Shown here: one piece after another, positions 8,939 through 18,524 of the stretch
Layout of the letters: the number at the start of each line of letters is the position of its first letter
How positions within the stretch are numbered: position 1 is the stretch's first letter
DNA from: Flavobacteriales bacterium
GTDB taxonomy: Bacteria > Bacteroidota > Bacteroidia > Flavobacteriales_C > GCA-002722245
Length of the DNA stretch: 64,000 nucleotides
Direction of reading: 5' to 3'
Assembly: GCA_002717515.1 (NCBI GenBank)
Contig: PBEC01000011.1
Location: 41,902 to 105,901, forward strand
Program-made: the position numbers and the translations under genes
The notes under the pieces: model-generated
What the model was told of the DNA's origin: nothing
Databases searched by the model: none
The model's input: only the letters and a program-made list of their open reading frames with translations

Positions 8939-11215
8939 ATGCAAAAAGCTTTATTCATTTTGTTGATTTTCCTTCAGGGAATTGTTTTGGGGCAACTTAA
9001 TGTTTCAAACATTAAAGAGCTCGGAATTACTTCTGAGCAAGACCTTCAAAAAATGGGGCTCTCTTCTTCGGAAATAACCGCCTTGAAGCAACAATATTTC
9101 AACGGTGAACTAGAATCAAAAAAAAACATTCCCGACCTTAGTAAAAATGCAGAACTAAACCCCAAAGAGGAAACAAAAATAGTTCTTCCTGTTCCTAATA
9201 TTAAAAAAGAAAAAGAGGACTCTTCAAAAACATTTTACGGAAAAAATATTTTTGTTAACGGATCTGTTCATATTCAGGAAAACAGTGATAGAATAAAGGC
9301 TCCACACAATTATATTTTAGGTTCAGGAGATGTAATAAGTGTTGTAATTTGGGGGACATCTGAATTCAGTGGCACTTTCAAACTTGATGAATATGGAAAC
9401 ATTACACCCTCTCTGGTAGGAAGAATTAGTTTGAAAGGCAAAAAATTCAGTGATGCTCAAAAAATAATTAAATCCGCTTTTGCTCGAGTTTATGATTTAA
9501 GGAACTCTAAAATATCAACAGAAATAAGTTATTCAAAAGTCATAAATGTCAGCATTGTTGGAGAAGTTACTTCACCAGGAACATACAGTATACCGTCCAT
9601 CAATAGTGCGTTTAATTTTTTATCTCTTGCCGGCGGAGTAACAGACCTTGGATCACTAAGAAACATCAAAATCATCCATGCTGACGGTAATGTCGATGAA
9701 TTGGATGTTTACAAATTTTTAAATAAACCTGAAATCCCCGATAACAAATATCTAAACAATGGTGACTTTATTCTGGTTCCAACAATGGGAAATGTTGTTT
9801 CTGCGGAAGGTGTTAAAAGACCTCAACAGTTTGAATTAAAAAGCGATGAAACCCTATCTGATTTTTTAATTTTTGCAGGAGGAGTTTCCCAAAAATGTTT
9901 TGACGGAACAGCTCATATTGAAAGGCTTACAAATGGAGGGGTAAAAATCATTGATGTTGAAAAGAAAGATTTTTCTACTTTCAAACTACAATCTGGAGAT
10001 AAAATATCCTTCTATGAAATTGATGAGTCTGTTTTAAATTCAATTTCAATAAGAGGTTCTGTAGTTTCGCCAGGAAAGTACTCCTACATCCAAAATGAGA
10101 CTTTAAAAAGTTTAGTTGAAAGATCAGGAGGACCCATCACCGCATCATTACTATCCGTTGGTCACATTTATCGACTGAATCAAAACGGAACCAGAGACTT
10201 AATTCGAGTTGATTTGAACAAAATGTTCAACTCAAAAAAACCAAATTCAAGTCCTGTTCTTTTGGCGAATGATATAGTTAATATTTTTGACAGCAGAAAA
10301 CTTGAAGAAAATCACACAATAAGAATTGCAGGTATTGTAAGAAAACCAAACAATTATCCCTACTCAAATAATATGCTTTTAAAAGATCTTATTTTAATCG
10401 CGGGGGGAGTTAAAGAGAATGCAGATTTGACAAAAGTAGATATTGAAAGAGTTGATTTTACAAATGGAGAAAATGGTTACGTTAAGGTCATAGAGGTAGA
10501 TTTAAATACAATGGATGATTTTGAATTAAAGCCATACGACATTGTCAACATAAGGCGTTTACCCGAATTTTCATTTCAACAGGTTGTTTCCATTGTAGGA
10601 GAAGTAAAGTATCCTGGGAATTATTCCATTTCGGGTAAGTCTGAAAATTTATTTAACATTATTGAAAGAGCCGGAGGGGTTACATCAGAGGCATTTCTTG
10701 AAGGAGGTTATATAGAAAGAGAAGAAGACTCTGTTGGACTTGTTGTTATAAAAATTGGTGATTTAATTAAATCACAAAAATCAAAATACAATTACCTAAT
10801 CAAGCCCAAGGATATTATTCACATCCCAAAAGAATCCAATATAGTCAGTATAATGGGGGAAATTGGATATACTGCCCACAGTAAAAACGGAGATACAAAA
10901 ATCAGTTGTCCTTACTCAAAAAATAAACGTGCAGGGCGTTACATACGAAATTACGGAGGTGGATTCGGGAAAAATGCAAAGAAATACAACGTTTATGTTA
11001 TCCGGCAAAACGGGCTGGTTGAGGATAGTAAATTTTTTGGATTGATTAGACCCATTGTTAAAAAAGGCGATGTAATTAAGGTTGAACCAAAAAAACCAAA
11101 AAAACCAAAAACAGAGGAAAATAGAATTGACTGGAATAGAACCATTGAAAGCTTAAGTGTAAAAATAACAGGGTTAGCTACCTTTTGGGTTTTGGCTCAA
11201 CAAATTAATCCTTGA
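8939..11215 (+). CDS. wza: polysaccharide export outer-membrane protein (Wza family, multi-SLBB type)
   Basis: N-terminal signal peptide. There are repeated SLBB-type beta-grasp modules (IVGEVTSPGTYSI, IRGSVVSPGKYSY, IAGIVRKPNNYPY, IVGEVKYPGNYSI) characteristic of Bacteroidetes Wza/BexD-like exporters. It is the first gene of the co-directional locus. Confidence 0.8.
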   Translation: MQKALFILLIFLQGIVLGQLNVSNIKELGITSEQDLQKMGLSSSEITALKQQYFNGELESKKNIPDLSKNAELNPKEETKIVLPVPNIKKEKEDSSKTFYGKNIFVNGSVHIQENSDRIKAPHNYILGSGDVISVVIWGTSEFSGTFKLDEYGNITPSLVGRISLKGKKFSDAQKIIKSAFARVYDLRNSKISTEISYSKVINVSIVGEVTSPGTYSIPSINSAFNFLSLAGGVTDLGSLRNIKIIHADGNVDELDVYKFLNKPEIPDNKYLNNGDFILVPTMGNVVSAEGVKRPQQFELKSDETLSDFLIFAGGVSQKCFDGTAHIERLTNGGVKIIDVEKKDFSTFKLQSGDKISFYEIDESVLNSISIRGSVVSPGKYSYIQNETLKSLVERSGGPITASLLSVGHIYRLNQNGTRDLIRVDLNKMFNSKKPNSSPVLLANDIVNIFDSRKLEENHTIRIAGIVRKPNNYPYSNNMLLKDLILIAGGVKENADLTKVDIERVDFTNGENGYVKVIEVDLNTMDDFELKPYDIVNIRRLPEFSFQQVVSIVGEVKYPGNYSISGKSENLFNIIERAGGVTSEAFLEGGYIEREEDSVGLVVIKIGDLIKSQKSKYNYLIKPKDIIHIPKESNIVSIMGEIGYTAHSKNGDTKISCPYSKNKRAGRYIRNYGGGFGKNAKKYNVYVIRQNGLVEDSKFFGLIRPIVKKGDVIKVEPKKPKKPKTEENRIDWNRTIESLSVKITGLATFWVLAQQINP

Positions 11216-11219
11216 TAAA

Positions 11220-12275
11220 ATGGATTCACCACAAAAAAAAACTGAAGATAATATCACAGAAGTAGTACTTACACTTTTTCTCTTTTACAAGAAATTTCGA
11301 AGGCAATTCAAATACATATTTTTATTTGGTGTTTTCGGTTTTTTAATTGGAGGTGGAGTCGGTTATTTGAAAAAACCAAAATACCCCTCTACCAGCTCTG
11401 TAATTATCGAAAATCAGTCCTCCGGAGGACTTTCATCTTATCTAAACATTGCTAAATCTTTTGGGTTAAACGACAATACAAGCGGAAATTTATTAACCCC
11501 AGAGAATTTCTCTGAAATTGGAAAATCAAAAAGAATCATATACTCCACTCTTTTGTCTAATGTAGAAATCCAAGGTAAATCCGATAAATTAATTAATCAT
11601 TACTCAAATTTAATTCATCCCATTACAGTTAAAAAAGCAGACGGAACAAAAGACACTATAAAAATAGCAGTAAACGTTCCATTCGAAGGCTCTTTGGTTG
11701 AGGAAAAAATAATGCGGGATTTATTTAACAAAATAGTTAATGAATCTTTGGGGATTAGTGTTTCAAGTGAAAACAGCGTCATTAAAATAAACACAACGTT
11801 CGGTCATGAGGTATTTTCATACGCCTTTGCAAAAACATACTTAGAAACTTTATACAACTATTTTCTAGAAAACATGCTTCACCAAGAAAATGAAATGCTG
11901 TCTCTACTAAGGCAAAAAAAAGACTCTATAGAGAGTGTTTTAACCTACAAGAACAATCGATATGCAGACTTAAGTGACAGAACTATTAATGTGGTTAAAA
12001 CCAGGCAAACAATGGAAAAGCTCGATCTTATGAAAGATATAGAAATACTATCTACAATGCTCGCTACAACTATTCAAAGTCTAGAAATGACCGAATTTTC
12101 TGCTCGAGAAAGTAAAAAAATATTTAAAATAATTGACATGCCTGTTTTACCAATTGCACCCGTAAAAAAGGGAGTCTTTTTTTATGGAATTCTTTATGGA
12201 ATCTTATTCGGGGGAGTAAAGTTTGTTCATATGATTTTAATCAATAAAATCAAAACAGCTCGATTAAGATCATAA
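11220..12275 (+). CDS. wzz: polysaccharide chain-length determinant protein (Wzz/PCP family, no tyrosine-kinase domain)
   Basis: TM helix near the N-terminus (IFLFGVFGFLIGGGVGYL), a long periplasmic-type middle region and a second TM at the C-terminus (GVFFYGILYGILFGGV). No Walker motifs. Starts 5 bp after wza. Confidence 0.6.
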   Translation: MDSPQKKTEDNITEVVLTLFLFYKKFRRQFKYIFLFGVFGFLIGGGVGYLKKPKYPSTSSVIIENQSSGGLSSYLNIAKSFGLNDNTSGNLLTPENFSEIGKSKRIIYSTLLSNVEIQGKSDKLINHYSNLIHPITVKKADGTKDTIKIAVNVPFEGSLVEEKIMRDLFNKIVNESLGISVSSENSVIKINTTFGHEVFSYAFAKTYLETLYNYFLENMLHQENEMLSLLRQKKDSIESVLTYKNNRYADLSDRTINVVKTRQTMEKLDLMKDIEILSTMLATTIQSLEMTEFSARESKKIFKIIDMPVLPIAPVKKGVFFYGILYGILFGGVKFVHMILINKIKTARLRS

Positions 12276-12299
12276 AAGGTAATTAGAAATTTAAATCCA

Positions 12300-13487
12300 A
12301 TGAATTTACTACAGCTTATCGGGAGAAAAAAAGAATTGTTTAAAAACGACATTGATCGATTAGAAGAGGAAATTTCATCATTGGTTTCTAAATCATCCTT
12401 TCTTGTTTTAGGAGGGGCTGGTTCAATTGGGCAAGCAGTGACTGAGGAAATATTCAAAAGAAATCCAAATAAACTTCATGTTGTAGACATTTCAGAAAAC
12501 AACATGGTTGAACTTGTGCGATCACTACGATCTTCAATGGGTTACATTTCAGGAGAATTTAAAACTTACGCCTTGGATATTGGATCCTTAGAATATGATG
12601 CTTTTATTAAATCGGATGGAAATTATGACTACGTCTTAAATCTATCTGCACTAAAACACGTAAGAAGTGAAAAAGATCCATTTACGTTAATGCGGATGAT
12701 TGATGTAAATGTATTTAATACACAAAAAACCATTCAACAATCCTTGGAGTGTGGAGCAAAAAAATACTTTTGTGTTTCTACCGATAAAGCTGCTAACCCT
12801 GTGAATATGATGGGGGGCTCTAAAAGAATCATGGAGCTTTATTTAATGAAGGAAAGTCAAAACATTAATATTTCTACTGCACGTTTTGCCAACGTTGCCT
12901 TTTCAGATGGATCACTCCTTCATGGGTTTAACATGAGGATTGAAAAAAGACAGCCTATTGTAGCTCCAAATGATATTAGAAGATATTTTGTTGTTCCCAA
13001 GGAAGCGGGAGAGCTTTGTTTAATGTCTTGTTTGTTTGGCGAAAATAGAGACATCTTTTTCCCGAAGTTAAGTGAAGCATTAGATCTTATTTCATTTGCT
13101 GACATCGCTGTTAAATACCTAAAAGAAAAAGGGTATGATCCTCATTTATGTGAGACTGAAGATGAAGCTAGAGAATTAGTAAATACACTACCTCAACAGG
13201 GGAAATGGCCGTGTTTATTTACTAAGAGTGATACCACTGGGGAAAAAGATTTTGAGGAATTCTTTACTGAGAATGAAACTTTAGACCTGAAAAGATTTGA
13301 GAATTTAGGAATAATTAAAAACGAGCTTTCAATTGATCAACATAAGATTGATTTGTTTGATAAGAAAATCGGACAAATGAGATCAGAGGGTTATTGGGAG
13401 AAAGGTCAAATTGTAGACCTTTTTAACAAAATGATTCCTAACTTCAATCATAAAGAAACAGGAAAGTATTTAGACTCTAAAATGTAA
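12300..13487 (+). CDS. NDP-N-acetylhexosamine 4,6-dehydratase (Polysacc_synt_2/CapD/PglF/PseB family)
   Basis: Rossmann motif VLGGAGSIGQAV and short-chain dehydratase/epimerase architecture. It is the first gene of the nonulosonic-acid module and is followed by an aminotransferase, an acetyltransferase, neuB and neuC. Confidence 0.7.
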   Translation: MNLLQLIGRKKELFKNDIDRLEEEISSLVSKSSFLVLGGAGSIGQAVTEEIFKRNPNKLHVVDISENNMVELVRSLRSSMGYISGEFKTYALDIGSLEYDAFIKSDGNYDYVLNLSALKHVRSEKDPFTLMRMIDVNVFNTQKTIQQSLECGAKKYFCVSTDKAANPVNMMGGSKRIMELYLMKESQNINISTARFANVAFSDGSLLHGFNMRIEKRQPIVAPNDIRRYFVVPKEAGELCLMSCLFGENRDIFFPKLSEALDLISFADIAVKYLKEKGYDPHLCETEDEARELVNTLPQQGKWPCLFTKSDTTGEKDFEEFFTENETLDLKRFENLGIIKNELSIDQHKIDLFDKKIGQMRSEGYWEKGQIVDLFNKMIPNFNHKETGKYLDSKM

Positions 13488-13492
13488 GATTG

Positions 13493-14644
13493 ATGCTGAA
13501 AGAGGGTTTTATTCGTAATACAATTGACTTTATAAGAAAGGAGTTTAATACTTCGGAATTCATCCCTCTGCATGAACCTATATTTAATGGAAATGAAAAA
13601 AAATACATTACCGAATGTATAGATTCTACTTTTGTTTCAAGCGTTGGGAAATTTGTAGATGAATTCGAGATTAAACTTGCAGAATTTATAGGAGTAAAAA
13701 AAGCCATTGTTTGTGTAAATGGAACAAACTCTTTACACCTGGGGTTGGAGCTTGTTGGGGTTAAGGCTAATGATGAAGTTTTAACTCAACCTTTAACATT
13801 CATTGCTACCACTAACGCAATTACTTACGCAAATGCAATTCCTGTTTTTATTGATGTAGATAAGGACACCATGGGACTTTCTCCTAAATCATTACAGTTG
13901 TTTTTGGATGAAAATGGTGAAATGAGAAATGGTGAATGTTACAATAAAACTTCTGGAAAGAGAATAAAGGCATGTATGCCAATGCACACATTTGGTCATG
14001 CATGTAGAATCGATGAGATTGCCGAGATCTGTTCAAACTATAATATTGACATTGTTGAGGATGCTGCCGAAGCTTTGGGGAGCTATTACAAAGGTAAACA
14101 CTTAGGTTCTTTTGGGAAGATTGGAGCTATAAGCTTCAATGGGAATAAAATAATGACCACGGGAGGTGGAGGTGTTTTGGTTACTGATGATGAAGAGTTA
14201 GCTAAAAGAGCAAAACATTTATCTACGCAGGCAAAGGTTCCTCATGCATGGGAATACAGACATGATGAAATCGGTTACAACTATAGAATGCCAAATATCA
14301 ATGCTGCACTTGGCTTAGCTCAGCTGGAGCAAATGCCAAAATTCATTGAACGCAAGCGCGAATTAGCAAATAAGTACTGTGAGTTCTTTGAAAATTCACC
14401 TGTTAAATTTTTTAACGATGCAGACAATGAAACCTCTAATTATTGGTTAAATGCAGTTTTGTTTGATAATTTTGAAGAAAGAAACTTATTCTTAGAAAAA
14501 ACAAATAATTCTGGAGTTATGACAAGACCAATTTGGCAATTAGTTAGCACAATGCCGATGTTCAGTAATTGTCAGAAAACAGATTTATCCAACGCGACCT
14601 GGCTTGAAGAAAGGGTGGTAAATATTCCGAGTAGTGTCAAATAA
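13493..14644 (+). CDS. DegT/DnrJ/EryC1 family PLP-dependent sugar aminotransferase (LegC/PglE-like)
   Basis: Fold-type I aminotransferase of the DegT class, with the conserved region containing IGAISFNGNKIMTTGGGGVLVTDDEELAKRAKHL. ATG start at 13493, 5 bp after the previous stop. Confidence 0.85.
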   Translation: MLKEGFIRNTIDFIRKEFNTSEFIPLHEPIFNGNEKKYITECIDSTFVSSVGKFVDEFEIKLAEFIGVKKAIVCVNGTNSLHLGLELVGVKANDEVLTQPLTFIATTNAITYANAIPVFIDVDKDTMGLSPKSLQLFLDENGEMRNGECYNKTSGKRIKACMPMHTFGHACRIDEIAEICSNYNIDIVEDAAEALGSYYKGKHLGSFGKIGAISFNGNKIMTTGGGGVLVTDDEELAKRAKHLSTQAKVPHAWEYRHDEIGYNYRMPNINAALGLAQLEQMPKFIERKRELANKYCEFFENSPVKFFNDADNETSNYWLNAVLFDNFEERNLFLEKTNNSGVMTRPIWQLVSTMPMFSNCQKTDLSNATWLEERVVNIPSSVK

Positions 14645-15257
14645 AGATATTGTCATAGTGGGTTATTCAGGTCATGCTTACGTCGTGATAGAAGCGGCTG
14701 AATTATTGGGAAAAAATGTTATTGCTTATACCGATAAAGTTGAAGCAACTAAAAATCCATTTTCGTTAAGCTATTTGGGTTGTGAAACAGATGATAGTTT
14801 CGATTTTGAAAGCAAGAAATACCAATTTGTTTTAGGTTTAGGAGACAACAATCTAAGAGTTAAAGTCGCTAACATGTTGGTGAAAAATAATCAGAATATA
14901 GTTACTCTAATTCATCCAGAAGCCAACGTTTCTTCTCATATTTCAATTGGAGAAGGTGTTTTTGTAGCAAGAGGAGCTTGCGTAAACCCCTTTGTTGAAA
15001 TAGGAAATTATAGCATTTTAAATACCAACTGTTCTATCGATCATGAATGTGAAATTGGCGAAGCTGTTCATATTGCTCCTGGAGCTGTTTTAGCAGGAAG
15101 CGTAAAAGTTGGAGACAGGTCCTTTGTTGGAGCAAACTCTGTAATAAAGCAAGGTGTGACAATAGGTAAAGATGTAATTATCGGAGCTGGAAGTGTTGTT
15201 TTAAAAGACATCCCGAACGATTCAAAAGTTATTGGAAACCCAGGAAGAATATTATGA
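14634..15257 (+). CDS. sugar N-acetyltransferase, left-handed beta-helix (NeuD/PglD/LegH family)
   Basis: N-terminal Rossmann-like MSNKDIVIVGYSGHA and C-terminal hexapeptide repeats (IGEAVHIAPGAVLAGSVKVGDRSFVGANSVIKQGVTIGKDVIIGAGSVV). GTG start at 14634, overlapping the upstream stop by 11 bp. Confidence 0.75.
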   Translation: MSNKDIVIVGYSGHAYVVIEAAELLGKNVIAYTDKVEATKNPFSLSYLGCETDDSFDFESKKYQFVLGLGDNNLRVKVANMLVKNNQNIVTLIHPEANVSSHISIGEGVFVARGACVNPFVEIGNYSILNTNCSIDHECEIGEAVHIAPGAVLAGSVKVGDRSFVGANSVIKQGVTIGKDVIIGAGSVVLKDIPNDSKVIGNPGRIL

Positions 15258-16264
15258 GTAAAAAAACGATTATAATAGCCGAAGCGGGTGTCAACCATAA
15301 TGGTAATAAGAAGTTAGCTAAAAAGTTAATTGACGCAGCCGCAAACGCGGGAGTCGATTACGTTAAATTTCAGACCTTTAAAGCGGAGAAACTGGTTACC
15401 AAATCGCTTTCAAAAGCCGATTATCAAAAGAACAATACTAGAAATGCAGACTCTCAGTTCAACATGCTTAAAAAGCTGGAATTATCTGAAGCTGATCATG
15501 ATGAATTGAAAAATTATGCTACCAAGAAAGGGGTTTCATTTTTCTCAACCGCTTTTGATTTGGATAGTATCTATTATTTAAAATCGCTCGGACTTGAACA
15601 CGCTAAAATCCCGTCGGGAGAGATTACAAACCTTCCATATTTAAGAGCTATTTCTAAGAATTTCAAAAAAATCATACTGTCAACAGGAATGGCTGAGCTT
15701 TTCGAAATTCAAGACGCATTAAATGCACTTCTTGATGGTGGAACAGATAAAGAAAACATCACTGTTCTACATTGTACAACGGATTACCCAACAGCTATGA
15801 AAGATGTAAATCTTAAAGCTATGCTCCACATTCAAAAAGAACTTGGTGTACAAATCGGGTATTCGGACCATACTTTAGGTATTGAAGTACCTATTGCAGC
15901 TGTAGCTCTAGGGGCGCGAGTGATTGAAAAACACTTTACGTTAAACCGAACAATGGAGGGTCCCGATCACGCCGCTTCTTTAGAGCCAAACGAACTAAAA
16001 GAGATGGTAACGGCTATTCGAAACGTAGAAGTTGCCATATCTGGTAGTGGAGTTAAAGAACCTGCTAAAGCGGAACTAAAAAACAGAACAGTTGCAAGAA
16101 AATCTATAGTTGCAGCCAAAGAAATAAAACAAGGAGATGTTTTAACTGAAGAAAATTTAACTGTTAAAAGATCAGGAAATGGTATTTCTCCAATGAAATG
16201 GGATAAAGTCGTTGGAACAATAGCGAAATCAAACTTTGAACAAGACGAGTTAATCTCATTATAA
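15254..16264 (+). CDS. neuB: nonulosonic acid synthase (NeuB/LegI family; N-acetylneuraminate/legionaminate synthase)
   Basis: N-terminal IIAEAGVNHNGN and a TIM-barrel body, with a C-terminal SAF domain, matching the NeuB family. Its start overlaps the upstream stop by 4 bp. Confidence 0.85.
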   Translation: MSKKTIIIAEAGVNHNGNKKLAKKLIDAAANAGVDYVKFQTFKAEKLVTKSLSKADYQKNNTRNADSQFNMLKKLELSEADHDELKNYATKKGVSFFSTAFDLDSIYYLKSLGLEHAKIPSGEITNLPYLRAISKNFKKIILSTGMAELFEIQDALNALLDGGTDKENITVLHCTTDYPTAMKDVNLKAMLHIQKELGVQIGYSDHTLGIEVPIAAVALGARVIEKHFTLNRTMEGPDHAASLEPNELKEMVTAIRNVEVAISGSGVKEPAKAELKNRTVARKSIVAAKEIKQGDVLTEENLTVKRSGNGISPMKWDKVVGTIAKSNFEQDELISL

Positions 16265-17428
16265 ATGAAAAAAATTAGTGTAGTAACTGGTACCCGTGCC
16301 GAATATGGTTTATTAAAGCCTTTAATTAAGTTGTTAAATGACGATTCGGATTTTGATTTACAGTTGATGGCAACAGCCATGCACTTATCTCCTGAATATG
16401 GAATGACCATCAATGAAATCATTAATGATGGTTTTCCCATTGTTAAAAAAATTGAATGTTTGAATGATACGGATTCTGCCGTTGGTATCTCTAAATCTAT
16501 ATCAGTTGCACTTTCTTCTTTTGCCCTTGCTTTTGAAGAGATAAAACCGGAACTTATAATCATATTGGGTGACCGAACGGAAATGCTTGCTGTTGCAATT
16601 GCTGCATCTATAGCAAACATTCCAATTGCGCATATTCATGGCGGAGAAACAACTGAAGGGGCTTATGATGAAGGAATTCGTCATGCAATAACAAAAATGA
16701 GTTACTATCACTTCACCTCAACAGAGGATTATCAGAACAGAGTTATACAACTTGGCGAAAACCCTTCCAGAGTGTTTAATGTTGGCGCAATTGGATTAGA
16801 CTCCATCAAAACCTTACCTCTTTTATCAAAGGAAGAGTTTGAAAAATCTATTAATTTTAATCTTGGAAAAAAATGTGCGTTAATTACTTATCACCCTGTT
16901 ACACTTGAAGAAGCTACCGCTGCAAATCAATTTAAATCCATCTTAACCTGTTTAGACTCAATTCCGGACTTACGCATGATTTTTACCCATGCCAATTCTG
17001 ATCGAGATGGTAAGATTATTAACCAAATGATTAAAGAGTATGTTAATCAAAACAACGAAAAGGCCGCAGAATTTAAATCTCTTGGTCAATTAAGATACTT
17101 GTCGGCATTGCAATATATTGATGTTGTGGTTGGAAACTCTTCCAGCGGAGTAATTGAAGTCCCTTATTTCAATATTCCTACAATTAACATTGGTGACCGT
17201 CAAAAAGGCCGAGTGGCCCCTGAAAGTGTTTTAAACTGCATGCCAAAAGAAAAAGACATTCTAAATAGTTTGAAAAAAGCCTTAAGTCTTGATTTTCAGG
17301 AGGCTATTCAAAATCAGAACCAACTATATGGAACAGGAAATGCTTCTTTAAAAATCATGAATGTGTTAAAAAAAGATGACGTTGTCAACCTCAAAAAGAG
17401 CTTCTTCGATATTAACTTTAAACTATGA
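16265..17428 (+). CDS. neuC: UDP/GDP-N-acetylhexosamine 2-epimerase (hydrolysing), NeuC/LegG family
   Basis: N-terminus KKISVVTGTRAEYGLLKPL and overall length match NeuC-type hydrolysing 2-epimerases. Starts immediately after neuB. Confidence 0.85.
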   Translation: MKKISVVTGTRAEYGLLKPLIKLLNDDSDFDLQLMATAMHLSPEYGMTINEIINDGFPIVKKIECLNDTDSAVGISKSISVALSSFALAFEEIKPELIIILGDRTEMLAVAIAASIANIPIAHIHGGETTEGAYDEGIRHAITKMSYYHFTSTEDYQNRVIQLGENPSRVFNVGAIGLDSIKTLPLLSKEEFEKSINFNLGKKCALITYHPVTLEEATAANQFKSILTCLDSIPDLRMIFTHANSDRDGKIINQMIKEYVNQNNEKAAEFKSLGQLRYLSALQYIDVVVGNSSSGVIEVPYFNIPTINIGDRQKGRVAPESVLNCMPKEKDILNSLKKALSLDFQEAIQNQNQLYGTGNASLKIMNVLKKDDVVNLKKSFFDINFKL

Positions 17429-18480
17429 ACCTAAGTAACCTTACCATAAATCAAGACGCCACTGTTTTAGATGCATTGGCTATTTTAAATGAGCTCTTGT
17501 ATAAAGAATCGATTAGTAGACTAATCTTATTTGTTACCGATGATGATGATAAAATATTGGGATCACTTACTGATGGTGACATTAGAAGAGCCTTGGTTAA
17601 AAATCACAATTTAAACCAACCACTCTCTGAAATTTGCAATAAAAATTTCCTTCACGCAACAGATTCGGAAGAGTTTTTGGACCTAAAAAAGTACAGAGAG
17701 AAGGATATTAAAATGTTACCTATCCTTACAAAGGAAAGAAAAATTAAAAAAATAATTGACTTAGAAAAGACCAAATCCATGTTGCCCATGGAATGCTTAA
17801 TTATGGCGGGAGGAAGAGGTAAGAGATTAAGCCCTTTAACCGACTCTACACCCAAACCAATGTTGATGCTGGGAAACAAACCAATACTGGAACACAACAT
17901 CGATCGTTTAATTCGTTATGGAATTAAAAAAATATATATTTCTGTTAAATATTTGGGAGAACAAATTGAATCTTACTTCGGTGATGGTTCCAGTAAAGGG
18001 ATTACAATTGAATACATTTGGGAAGAGCAGGCTCTTGGCACAGCCGGAGCGCTATCCCTTGTTGAGCATTTTAACACCGACCATGTTTTGGTAATGAATA
18101 GTGATTTGTTTACCAATATTAATTTCGAAAGCATCTATTTGGATTTGATAAAAAATAATGCTGACATGGCTGTTGCATCAACTGAATATAAGATTGATGT
18201 TCCTTATGCCATTTTTGAAACTGAAGGTAAGCAAGTAAAATCATTCAAAGAGAAACCTAGCTTCGCCTATCATTCAAATGCAGGTGTTTACATCCTAAAA
18301 AAAGAATTAATCCAAAAAGTTCCTGAAAATCAATTTTACGATATAACGGATTTAATGAGCGAAATTGTAGACGAAGGAAAGTCATTGATTTTTCACCCAA
18401 TAGTCGGTTTTTGGATCGATATTGGAAGTCCTCTTGACTATTCCCGAGCAAAAGACTTTATAACACATTTAAAAGAATAA
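17425..18480 (+). CDS. CBS-domain sugar-phosphate nucleotidyltransferase (PtmE/LgaF-like)
   Basis: The N-terminal ~120 aa form a CBS pair. The C-terminal NTP-transferase domain has the motif LIMAGGRGKRLSPLTDSTPKPML. This architecture occurs in legionaminic-acid loci as PtmE in Campylobacter and LgaF in Acinetobacter. Confidence 0.75.
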   Translation: MNLSNLTINQDATVLDALAILNELLYKESISRLILFVTDDDDKILGSLTDGDIRRALVKNHNLNQPLSEICNKNFLHATDSEEFLDLKKYREKDIKMLPILTKERKIKKIIDLEKTKSMLPMECLIMAGGRGKRLSPLTDSTPKPMLMLGNKPILEHNIDRLIRYGIKKIYISVKYLGEQIESYFGDGSSKGITIEYIWEEQALGTAGALSLVEHFNTDHVLVMNSDLFTNINFESIYLDLIKNNADMAVASTEYKIDVPYAIFETEGKQVKSFKEKPSFAYHSNAGVYILKKELIQKVPENQFYDITDLMSEIVDEGKSLIFHPIVGFWIDIGSPLDYSRAKDFITHLKE

Positions 18481-18524
18481 TTAATTTCTTGAACTTTGTT
18501 ACCTACCTCCTTATATAAACTATT

